64,000 nt of DNA from a virus: positions 1 to 64,000 of the IMG/VR virus record IMGVR_UViG_3300009104_000006; one strand, 5' to 3'. The translations under genes and the position numbers were made by a program. Every line of letters begins with the position of its first letter. Positions within the stretch are counted from its first letter, which is position 1. Positions 35,962-44,415 of this stretch are shown here, piece after piece. The notes beneath the pieces are model-generated. The model searched no databases, was not told the origin of the DNA, and saw nothing but the letters and a program-made list of their open reading frames with translations.

Positions 35962-36674
35962 GCGCGAAGCAATTTTGGGTTGTCGATTTCGACAATGGTG
36001 GCTCCGCTACTAAGTCAGCATACTATCCGAACAATGAGGGCATCAAGTGTTGGGAACCTTGGGTATACCTCAAGGGAGAGAGAACTGCCTACGACTACCC
36101 TGCTACCCATGACCGAACGATGAAAATCATGCAGTTCGCTATGGAGAAGCACGAGGATTTGTGGGGCGTTCTAATTACTGGCATAGACCTATGGGATAGC
36201 GTAGCGACTAACTGTATGAGAATACAAGACTTAGGACTCTCTAAGGATGGTATAGAGGCCGCAGACAATCGTGGTGCAGGCTCTAACGAAAGAGTGCAAC
36301 AGCAGTGGGATTGGGCGATTAGAGTTACCCGATTCCACCAATTGACTGCCGTCTGTCGCGCTTTGGTGAAGAGAGGCGTGAGAGTCTTTTGGGAGACACA
36401 CATGAAGGACGTATACGGTAAAGGCGGTAAGATGCTTGAGAGCGATGGCGCACCCGCATGGGAGAAGAGCAGTGCTGGATATATGTTCCAAATTGTTCAC
36501 TGTCGTCGCAAGGACGAGGTTGAGGATGGGAAGGTCGTAGGCGAAACGTTCACGGCCACCTTTGAGAAGAGCAAGACTGACGCCACGCTACAAGGGCAAC
36601 GGAGAACCATTCTAACAACGAGACAGGGCGAGAAACCTAACTTCATGGGTCTGCCGGAACTTGAGCGGTTGTGA
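35958..36674 (+). CDS. C-terminal part of a split RecA-superfamily ATPase
   Basis: WVVDFDNG, VLITGID (Walker B-like), VFWETHMK, FEKSK; own GAGGTGA SD; no Walker A. Confidence 0.7.
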   Translation: MSAKQFWVVDFDNGGSATKSAYYPNNEGIKCWEPWVYLKGERTAYDYPATHDRTMKIMQFAMEKHEDLWGVLITGIDLWDSVATNCMRIQDLGLSKDGIEAADNRGAGSNERVQQQWDWAIRVTRFHQLTAVCRALVKRGVRVFWETHMKDVYGKGGKMLESDGAPAWEKSSAGYMFQIVHCRRKDEVEDGKVVGETFTATFEKSKTDATLQGQRRTILTTRQGEKPNFMGLPELERL

Positions 36675-36678
36675 TTGA

Positions 36679-36999
36679 ATGAGCAAAGTGGAAGACGAAG
36701 TGTGCGCAATCATACAAGCAAGAGCGAAGAAGGTGCAAGCCACCGACAAATACGCTGGCGCTACAATGGAGCGCGATGACCTCACGCATGATGAGTGGTT
36801 GGAGCATCTGCAACACGAACTCATGGATGCGGTCATCTATATTCAGCGACTACGAACGAGAGAGCAAACGCTCGCATCAAAACTGTCTGAGTATTGTAGT
36901 GAAAGACGACTGACGAGGTCGGGTAGCACTACTCCTAAACTCGATGCGCTTCTTGAAGAATATCATGGGGTGAACGCAGATGGCGCAGATAACGCTTGA
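36679..36999 (+). CDS. MazG-like all-alpha NTP pyrophosphohydrolase
   Basis: KYAGATMERDDL..EWLEHLQHELMDAVIY. Confidence 0.55.
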   Translation: MSKVEDEVCAIIQARAKKVQATDKYAGATMERDDLTHDEWLEHLQHELMDAVIYIQRLRTREQTLASKLSEYCSERRLTRSGSTTPKLDALLEEYHGVNADGADNA

Positions 37000-37759
37000 T
37001 AGCAAGGAGTGGCTTGCCCACTTAGGTCAATTCAGCGACGTGATTAGTGATTTAGTAATCAACGTCTTTGAAACGCCAAACGCTATCGGTTATAGCGCAG
37101 GCTATCAGACCTTCTTCCTCAATGTATCTCGCGCCTACCCTGACGCTAAAGCAAAGGCAGGCCCACTTACTTTCTCAGACCTCACTAAAGCCTGTGCCTT
37201 CTTGAAGAAGTGTAGTGGAGATGTAACGATAAAGCAGGTGAAGAATGGAAACACGCTATACTTGTCAAGCGGCTCGTTCAAACTGTCGCTTCCTGTATCG
37301 GATAGCAAAAGCCAGCAATTAGTCAAGACCTACTCCAAACTCGTGAAGGAGGCTAAGGGGAACAAGTGGAAGACGTTTGGCGCCGATACCTACACAGTGC
37401 ATGGGAGAACGAAGATGAGCGAGATACTCAAACTCGCTTCGTTGAAGAACATCGTTACTAAATATGGGGCAGATTATAGTGTTACAATGGACATTGAGAA
37501 CGAAGAGATTTCTGCATCTGCGGGTAAGACTCACGATGCCAAGATATTTGCATCAAGCACAGTCACTGATGTAACTCTTGAGAAGAAAGGTATCAAGACT
37601 GTGAAGTCTAACTTCGGTCCATGGTTGCTCCCTTGCCTTGGCTTAGTGGATAGCGGCACTACGTGTCGTTTTCACTTTGGTGATGCGAGTGGGCTTGTGA
37701 TAGAACAGACCGAAACGGACTTGAAGAGACTACTGATAATCATAGACCAGCAGGAGTGA
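36980..37759 (+). CDS. Sliding clamp (PCNA-like)
   Basis: 259 aa, two-domain alpha/beta pattern, lies between clamp loader and PolB; sequence divergent. Confidence 0.6.
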   Translation: MAQITLDSKEWLAHLGQFSDVISDLVINVFETPNAIGYSAGYQTFFLNVSRAYPDAKAKAGPLTFSDLTKACAFLKKCSGDVTIKQVKNGNTLYLSSGSFKLSLPVSDSKSQQLVKTYSKLVKEAKGNKWKTFGADTYTVHGRTKMSEILKLASLKNIVTKYGADYSVTMDIENEEISASAGKTHDAKIFASSTVTDVTLEKKGIKTVKSNFGPWLLPCLGLVDSGTTCRFHFGDASGLVIEQTETDLKRLLIIIDQQE

Positions 37760-37860
37760 GCCAGCATGAGTAAGGAAATCGGACGTTGTGGTAAGTGCCA
37801 CAAGATTGGGCCTTTGTGGTCTAACGAAAATCAGATACTATTGTGTAGGAAGTGCGCTCA

Positions 37861-40254
37861 ATGATAATTGACTATTACTATCCCGATGACGAGTGGGAAG
37901 GCGTTGGTTATCCACACGTTTACTACCGATATAGGGGAGCAGATGGGGAAATAATCGAACACACGATAAATCCCAACGAAAACTCCGACATTGATGACCC
38001 GCTTTGGATTCCCCCACATTGTTGGGTGGCGGAGAACACCCATCCGAAGAAATTGTCTCGTTTGACTGCACGCTATCCGGGCGTTAAGGTGCGCTCGGAC
38101 ATTAAGGCGAAAGGGATAGATAAAGCATCATTGATACGTCTCGACGTGCCTAATCCAATACACCTTTACGACATTAAGAGTGAGATTCAGACTTATGAGG
38201 CAGATATGCCTTACACAGACCAATTGATTATTCATGCTTATCCCGACAACAAGAACATACCGGACTTTCATCCGAGAATTTGGTATTTCGATATGGAATG
38301 GCAACCCGAAGGGTGTCCACATGAAGGCGCAATTACCATGATTTCGATTGACGACACTATGGGAAATCGACCATTGGTATTCGCTTGGAAAGAAAAGGAA
38401 GATGGTTGCACCATAGACCACATAGAAAGAGAAGGAGGATATGATAGATACCTCTATGGAAGCGAACAGGAAATGCTCGACGCTTTTCTTAAGCACTTGA
38501 ATAAGTGCAACCCCGACATTCTCATCGCGCACGCCATCTATTGGGCCGACTTGCCTAAACTCGTTGAGCGTTTAGGAAATAGAGCAGACAAACTCAGTCC
38601 ATTGGGGCAAACAGTAAGGCCACGCAAAAAGGATGGCTACCACGATAATGCTCAACCAATTTTAGGAAGGCTCGTTTACGACACTGCGCTCGCGTGGAAT
38701 ACAGGAAGCGGATTGGAGGCAGTTTGGCAGAAGAATGGACGTGGAACATTCAGAAACAAGAAACTCGCAACCATCGCAGAAGATTTAGAGTTAGCCAAAG
38801 AGTTAGGTGAGCAAGGAGAAAAGATGGATGCTGATGTATTTACATGGTGGGTTGAGAACTTTGATGAGTTCGTTGATTACTGTGTGCGCGATACTACACT
38901 ATTGAGGCATTGTGCTGAAAAGGTGAATGCGATACCTTACCATTTGGCTATGCAGAAAGAATGTGGAGTCGTCTTCAAAAGCACCTGCAACGTATCTCGT
39001 TTTGTAAGAGGGCGTATCTCTCGCCATACTGACATAAAGGCTCTCACCACTCACTACCACCAACGCGACCAATACGATGGCGCAGACGTGCCGGAAACTG
39101 TTGGTGGACGACACGAAGGAGTCGCCTGTATTGACTTCAAGTCCATGTATCCTCAGATTTGCGTGGATGCGAATCTATGCCCAACGACAAAACAGAAAAG
39201 TGGCGGTGAAGAAATCCGAAGCGTTGGAAACGGAACGCATTGGAGAAAAGAGGCATCGGGCATAGGCGTCATTCCAGCCATCATTTCGGGTATGCTTGAA
39301 CTGCGACAAGACTACAAGAAGAAAATGAAAGCAGCAAAGAGCGAAGACGAGAAACTCAAATGGGATTTATTGCAGACTGCCGTTAAAGTCGCAACCAACG
39401 CAATCTATGGCTATATGTCTCAGAAGAAAGTAAGTGGTGGATGGATAGACCCCGATGTGGGTCGCACCATCACCTACTATGGAAGAGAGTGCATCAACAC
39501 CCTTCTGCTGGAAAGTGAGAAGGCTGGTTATACGGCTCTCGCAGGCCACACCGATTCCGGTTATATTCAAATTCCATTTGATGAGATAGACGCTCACCTC
39601 AAGAGCCTCAACAAAATCATTAGAACTCGATACGAACTTCCCATGATGGAAATCGAGTTAGAAGCCTACTTTGACTATTGGCTAACTGCTGATGTGAAGA
39701 ATCAAAACTTCGGATTTATGATTTGGCCTCCCGAAAAGAAGGGGCAATTGAAAGTAACAGGATTTTCATACAAGGCTTCCAGCGTATCTCCACTCACAAA
39801 GACGATACAAGGGAAGATATTCGATTTAGTCGGAACAGGAGCAGATGAAGAAGAAGTTACGAAGGCGATTAGAAAAATATCACTTGACGTTCTTGCGGGA
39901 AATTGGACGTGGGATGCGCTTTCACCGTATGGAAAAATAGGCAAAGCAGAATACAAGAGAACGCCGCCTATGGCCGTGAGAGGGGCATACTACTACAATG
40001 ACCATATCAACCCTAAAAATCCCTTTAGGGTCGGAGAAAGCCCACAGTGGTGCTATGTGCTACAAACTCCCAAAGATATGCCCCCGACTCTTGTCGTTGG
40101 ATTTAGGGATGCGACAGAAGTCAAGGATTTCCAAATTGATTATGCCGTGTGTGTTCAGAAGTTTATCGAAAAGAAAATTGAGAACATATATCGGGTTTTG
40201 GATTGGGATATTGGAGAGGCAATTGGGAGACAAAAACCCAAGACGCATTGGTGA
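37861..40254 (+). CDS. polB: Family B DNA polymerase
   Basis: ExoI WYFDMEW, ExoIII YCVRD, DFKSMYP, KVATNAIYG, AGHTDS. Confidence 0.95.
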   Translation: MIIDYYYPDDEWEGVGYPHVYYRYRGADGEIIEHTINPNENSDIDDPLWIPPHCWVAENTHPKKLSRLTARYPGVKVRSDIKAKGIDKASLIRLDVPNPIHLYDIKSEIQTYEADMPYTDQLIIHAYPDNKNIPDFHPRIWYFDMEWQPEGCPHEGAITMISIDDTMGNRPLVFAWKEKEDGCTIDHIEREGGYDRYLYGSEQEMLDAFLKHLNKCNPDILIAHAIYWADLPKLVERLGNRADKLSPLGQTVRPRKKDGYHDNAQPILGRLVYDTALAWNTGSGLEAVWQKNGRGTFRNKKLATIAEDLELAKELGEQGEKMDADVFTWWVENFDEFVDYCVRDTTLLRHCAEKVNAIPYHLAMQKECGVVFKSTCNVSRFVRGRISRHTDIKALTTHYHQRDQYDGADVPETVGGRHEGVACIDFKSMYPQICVDANLCPTTKQKSGGEEIRSVGNGTHWRKEASGIGVIPAIISGMLELRQDYKKKMKAAKSEDEKLKWDLLQTAVKVATNAIYGYMSQKKVSGGWIDPDVGRTITYYGRECINTLLLESEKAGYTALAGHTDSGYIQIPFDEIDAHLKSLNKIIRTRYELPMMEIELEAYFDYWLTADVKNQNFGFMIWPPEKKGQLKVTGFSYKASSVSPLTKTIQGKIFDLVGTGADEEEVTKAIRKISLDVLAGNWTWDALSPYGKIGKAEYKRTPPMAVRGAYYYNDHINPKNPFRVGESPQWCYVLQTPKDMPPTLVVGFRDATEVKDFQIDYAVCVQKFIEKKIENIYRVLDWDIGEAIGRQKPKTHW

Positions 40255-40259
40255 TTGAA

Positions 40260-40391
40260 ATGAATGGTAAAGATATAGACAAGTGGTCTGAGATGCACGT
40301 GGGCAGCCTTGCTCTTACACGAACTATCGTAGGTTTCGTGAATGTAATCTTGAGCGTTATAGTAGTAGCGAAATTATTTGGGTGGATATGA
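40260..40391 (+). CDS. Small membrane protein
   Basis: 43 aa with a C-terminal hydrophobic helix. Confidence 0.5.
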   Translation: MNGKDIDKWSEMHVGSLALTRTIVGFVNVILSVIVVAKLFGWI

Positions 40392-40512
40392 TGTTGTCTC
40401 AATGCGTATGTGGATGGCATGGTATTACCACAACCTGTATGGTGAACGGAACGCCTACTTGTCCAAACTGTCGAAAACCATTCACCAATATGAGATGTGA
40501 GGGGTGTTCTGA

Positions 40513-41511
40513 ATGAAGTTTAATCCGAATGAAGAGGCTTTCTTTGAGCGGCGCACTGAAGCGCATACGCCGGAACTGCTTGAATCATACAACAGGTCGT
40601 GCTATAATTGGACACCCGACATGAAGGATATGATACTGAGGGCAAGTAAATCGTCTATCAATGACTATGATTGGTGTCCTCATCAATACAAACTCAAGAA
40701 TATCTATCGTCTCTCCGAACCGGAAAACGATGACATGATTCGTGGAACGAACGTGCATAGCATAGTCGAGTATTTCTGGGATAACGTAGGAGCAAAGATT
40801 CCCGAAGCCCTCGTGCTTATGAGAGAAGGAAAGAAGATGCTCGCAAAGGACTTACTGTGGCAGGTAATACCGACACCTCCGCTTCCATACCAATTTGGAG
40901 AAGAAGTAGTCATACGAAAGTGGTTTGATTGGCAGTGGGATAGATTTCTCATTACAGATGGAGAAAATTGGACACCCGTTGGAAACGAAATATCAGCACA
41001 CGGCGTCGTTATGGTGGAAGTGGATGGCGAAGAATATCCTGTCCATCTTCGAGGATTCATTGATACCATCTTCTCGGATGGAGAGGGCGGCTTCATACTG
41101 ATGGAACTTAAGACAGGTAAATGGCGAGAGAAGAAGACTGCCACTAAGATGAGAGTGGAAATGCAGATTTACAGAATGATGCTTGAAGAAGGAGAATACA
41201 CTGATTTTCTCCCTATCACACATTGGGCTTGGGAGTTCCCAAGAGGATATGTGAATGGCGGCGATAGGGCCGAATGGGAATTAGAAGAAACTGGAACACG
41301 AAAGACGCAATTCGCCCCTCGAACTGCGATGAGGAAATTACAGAACCTTGTGAAAGGACACCTATATGATTCATTTGAACCAAAAATACGAGAATGGAGA
41401 ACACCCAACGGAGAGACAATGACAAATTGCTCTTACTGTTCGTTTATGGAACTGTGTCCGGCTTGGGGAATGAATGAAGGAGAAAACGAATATGAGAATG
41501 AAGAAGAATGA
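40513..41511 (+). CDS. Cas4-like/RecB-family PD-(D/E)xK nuclease
   Basis: SKSS...WCP, RGTNVH, LRGFID, MELKTGK, MQIY, CSYCSFMELCP (four-Cys Fe-S pattern). Confidence 0.88.
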   Translation: MKFNPNEEAFFERRTEAHTPELLESYNRSCYNWTPDMKDMILRASKSSINDYDWCPHQYKLKNIYRLSEPENDDMIRGTNVHSIVEYFWDNVGAKIPEALVLMREGKKMLAKDLLWQVIPTPPLPYQFGEEVVIRKWFDWQWDRFLITDGENWTPVGNEISAHGVVMVEVDGEEYPVHLRGFIDTIFSDGEGGFILMELKTGKWREKKTATKMRVEMQIYRMMLEEGEYTDFLPITHWAWEFPRGYVNGGDRAEWELEETGTRKTQFAPRTAMRKLQNLVKGHLYDSFEPKIREWRTPNGETMTNCSYCSFMELCPAWGMNEGENEYENEEE

Positions 41512-41815
41512 ACTGAAAGAAAAAGTGAATAGAACGGCAGACATTTTGTCTGAGATGTTGAAAGGAGAAGATGAGAACATGGAAGTGAATGTAACTTACG
41601 GTATGTTGGGAACGGGAGATTTCAAGGCCCAATTAACCAAGCAGATGACGCTTGATTACTACACCGAAGAGAACGCAGAAGTTCCTTATTTTCACGTTCT
41701 TGACGTTGTGATAGACAAGCGCGCATTTACGTATACTGAGAAGAACTTGTTTCCCGAAGGGCCAGCGTCCTTAGCAGTAAAAATCCATCGAAGATACAAG
41801 GATATGGCTGAGTAA
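41492..41815 (+). CDS. Hypothetical protein with PIP-box-like QMTLDYY
   Basis: ORF in the replication operon. Confidence 0.6.
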   Translation: MRMKKNELKEKVNRTADILSEMLKGEDENMEVNVTYGMLGTGDFKAQLTKQMTLDYYTEENAEVPYFHVLDVVIDKRAFTYTEKNLFPEGPASLAVKIHRRYKDMAE

Positions 41816-41816
41816 T

Positions 41817-42920
41817 ATGGCGTTTGCGTCATTGATACGCGACTTCCCAAGAGAAGTCCTTGAAGTAAGTTCGAGCGGTAAGCACGGAGGGCGTTATATC
41901 GTCCGCGATTGGGAAGCGTTGGAAAAGTATTGGAGAGGGAAGAACGGGTCTGGTAATGCGTATCACACTGCATATGGGTATCGAAGCACCCAAGCGCCCA
42001 AGCACCATAGAGTCGAATACAATACTGCAATAGTCAGACACTTTGTAATGGACTTTGACTGCAAGGACTTCAAGAATGGAGGTGTTGATGTTGATTTCTC
42101 CTTCATGCAAGAACAAGTGCAACGCCTTCACAGACACCTATTGGACAATGACTACCAACACTACATCTTCTTTACAGGAGGTGGATTTCACATCTATATT
42201 CCTTTGTCTGAAGCATTCCTACCAATAGACGGATTGGAGGTAACAAGAATCAAAAGTGCCGGAAGAAGGCTAATGAAACGCTGGCATGATAACCTCAACC
42301 TCTCATGTAACGACCCTACTGTTGCATTCGACCTTGCGGGAATGATACGCATCCCTAACTCCTACAACGCAAAGAGAGGGTGTTGGGTTATACCGATTGA
42401 AAGTGATGAACTCATGTCCTTAGATTTCGAGACTATTTACGAAATAGCACAGGATTACAGACGTGGCTACATCGTTCAAGGAAGCAAACCACTCAAACTC
42501 ATTCTGCCTAAGAAGAATAATGCCTTTAGCAAGAAAGAGCGAAAGAATGTATCTGATTTACCCACAGTCTCGTTAGGCTCAATCAAGGTTCTGCCTTGTA
42601 TAGCCCAAGCGGCTCTTGGAGCAGGTAATCCAACACATAGAGCGAGATACCATCTCGCATCCTATCTCGCAGACAGGCTTCGTTGGTTCTTTCCGATTGA
42701 TAATGTGCCGAAAGAAGACTTGCCGAAACACGTCGAGCAGATTGTGCAGATATGCTCGGAGCAAGGATGGGTCGATTGGAACGAAAACATAACGAGAACC
42801 CAAGTCGAGAGCATAGTGTTCAAGGGTTATGCTCATGCACGTTGTGAAACTTTGATGCAAGAAGGCCTGTGTGCAGGTAAATGCAAGTATTACGATGGAA
42901 CTGCGGAGGATTTGCTATGA
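41817..42920 (+). CDS. Archaeo-eukaryotic primase, catalytic domain fused to a PriL-like Fe-S domain
   Basis: VMDFD, TGGGFHIY, MIRIPNSYN, then LPCI...H.AR...ARCETL..GLC.GKC. Confidence 0.88.
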   Translation: MAFASLIRDFPREVLEVSSSGKHGGRYIVRDWEALEKYWRGKNGSGNAYHTAYGYRSTQAPKHHRVEYNTAIVRHFVMDFDCKDFKNGGVDVDFSFMQEQVQRLHRHLLDNDYQHYIFFTGGGFHIYIPLSEAFLPIDGLEVTRIKSAGRRLMKRWHDNLNLSCNDPTVAFDLAGMIRIPNSYNAKRGCWVIPIESDELMSLDFETIYEIAQDYRRGYIVQGSKPLKLILPKKNNAFSKKERKNVSDLPTVSLGSIKVLPCIAQAALGAGNPTHRARYHLASYLADRLRWFFPIDNVPKEDLPKHVEQIVQICSEQGWVDWNENITRTQVESIVFKGYAHARCETLMQEGLCAGKCKYYDGTAEDLL

Positions 42921-43132
42921 GAGAGTGTAGCGAATGTGGCGCCAAGTTAAGCCATAGGAACCCCCAAAGAAAAGCGAATGGAAAATACTCATTCAGAAAA
43001 TTATGCCAGCCTTGTTTCAATAATCCAAAGGCCGAAGACCGTTGCATCGCCTTAACTGCGAAAGGGAAGAGGTGCAAACTTAGACGTCTTCCCGAATCAA
43101 AAAGGAATATGTGTGCGATGCACAGGAGGTGA
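42917..43132 (+). CDS. Small basic Zn-finger protein
   Basis: CSEC, CQPC, C.A.T.KG.RC...C.MH. Confidence 0.6.
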   Translation: MRECSECGAKLSHRNPQRKANGKYSFRKLCQPCFNNPKAEDRCIALTAKGKRCKLRRLPESKRNMCAMHRR

Positions 43133-43136
43133 ACAG

Positions 43137-43610
43137 ATGCAACCAATCAACGTATCTAATACGACTCTATCCACATACAAGGGGAGAAGACACCGTAAGT
43201 TCGACGCTAAACAAAAGAAGCGGCATGACTTTGGAAAAGCACAGTGTGTGATTTGTGATGAGGTATTTACCAAATATACACATAACACAAAAGTGTGTTC
43301 TAAAGAGTGTAGGAAGAAAAAGAAAACACGCAATAATCGCAAGTATAACGAAGAAAATCCTGAGAAGCAAAAAGCGTATGCACGCAAGTATCGTGAAAAG
43401 AATCGTGAGAAGATAAAAACGGAAGCACGCAAGTGGCGCGAAGAGAATCGTGAGAAAGAAGCGGCGAGAAGCCGCAAGTATCGCAAAGAGAATCGTGAGA
43501 AGACAAATGCGTATGGCCGCAAGTATTACGAAAAGAATCGTGAGAAGGTATTAGCGAGAGACCGCGCACGATATCACGCAAAGAAAAAACAAGAGGAAGT
43601 GAACAGATGA
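43137..43610 (+). CDS. Basic protein with Zn finger and five 15-aa repeats
   Basis: CVIC...CSKEC then RK(Y/W)xxxNxEK x5 at a 45-bp period. Confidence 0.65.
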   Translation: MQPINVSNTTLSTYKGRRHRKFDAKQKKRHDFGKAQCVICDEVFTKYTHNTKVCSKECRKKKKTRNNRKYNEENPEKQKAYARKYREKNREKIKTEARKWREENREKEAARSRKYRKENREKTNAYGRKYYEKNREKVLARDRARYHAKKKQEEVNR

Positions 43611-44287
43611 CTGACTTATTCATAGACACCAACGAGAGAGGCAGATTATGCGAATCCGTGATACGCAAGGCCGAAAGTGCAGGCTTGTGTGTTGAAAGAA
43701 AGACGCTTGTGGTTGGCGATTACCTGTTAGGCGCAGCGTGCATCGAAGCCAAATCGGTTAGCGACTTCCTCCATTCTTGCGACACCGGACACCTGTGGAA
43801 GCAATTGGATAACATGGATGCTAATTACGAACGCTTCTTCTTATTGATACACGGCAGTATATCAGCCTACGTCAAAATGAACAAGAAGCATTCATACAGC
43901 CGCATCCAAAGTAAGATGGTAGGACTCATAGCGCGCACTATGGCAGATTTTGACTGCCAAGTCTTGTTTACTCCAAACGTCAGTGAAGCCGCCTCATTCG
44001 TGGTGAAACTACACAACAAACTCCACAAGCCAGCGTCTCAACATGGCGCACAGGGAATACGTAGGGTCAGCACAAACGATGTGCGGAAGGACATACTTCT
44101 GTGCATACCCGGCATAGGCTCAGTCATGGCTGATAGATTACTCAAGGAATGTGGCTCTATTGAAGAGATGCTTTTCTTAGACTCACTCAAGAAGGTGAAA
44201 GGGTTGGGCGACAAGTCAGCGAAGAAAATCATCAAGGCATTAACCAGCGAATCTCCTGTTCACATCGAAAGGAAGGTGTTCAATTGA
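43607..44287 (+). CDS. ERCC4/XPF (Hef-like) endonuclease with HhH motifs
   Basis: IDTNE, GDY, IEAKSVSDF, IPGIG, VKGLG. Confidence 0.88.
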   Translation: MTDLFIDTNERGRLCESVIRKAESAGLCVERKTLVVGDYLLGAACIEAKSVSDFLHSCDTGHLWKQLDNMDANYERFFLLIHGSISAYVKMNKKHSYSRIQSKMVGLIARTMADFDCQVLFTPNVSEAASFVVKLHNKLHKPASQHGAQGIRRVSTNDVRKDILLCIPGIGSVMADRLLKECGSIEEMLFLDSLKKVKGLGDKSAKKIIKALTSESPVHIERKVFN

Positions 44288-44288
44288 T

Positions 44289-44311
44289 TTGGTATTTAAA
44301 CGAAGATAGTA
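44289..44311 (+). promoter_or_regulatory. Conserved 23-bp motif, copy 9
   Basis: Exact copy upstream of the MCM-like gene. Confidence 0.8.
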
Positions 44312-44312
44312 A

Positions 44313-44390
44313 TTCCGATTATTCCGAAACAATGTCTAAACAGGGAGAATTAAATACGAGTGTATAGACGGGACGAAGGAATACTCGGAC
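44313..44390. repeat. 30-bp inverted-repeat pair homologous to 7326-7440
   Basis: TTCCGATTATTCCGAAACAATGTCTAAACA (44313-44342) and TGTATAGACGGGACGAAGGAATACTCGGAC (44361-44390). Confidence 0.7.
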
Positions 44391-44415
44391 AGGAGATAAG
44401 GGGAGAGAAAAGAAA

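Noticed and set aside
5824-44311. 23-bp repeats plus a Cas4-like gene read as a CRISPR system
   Set aside because: Copies are kilobases apart and separated by genes, not spacers; no other cas genes; solo Cas4-like nucleases are common in archaeal viruses
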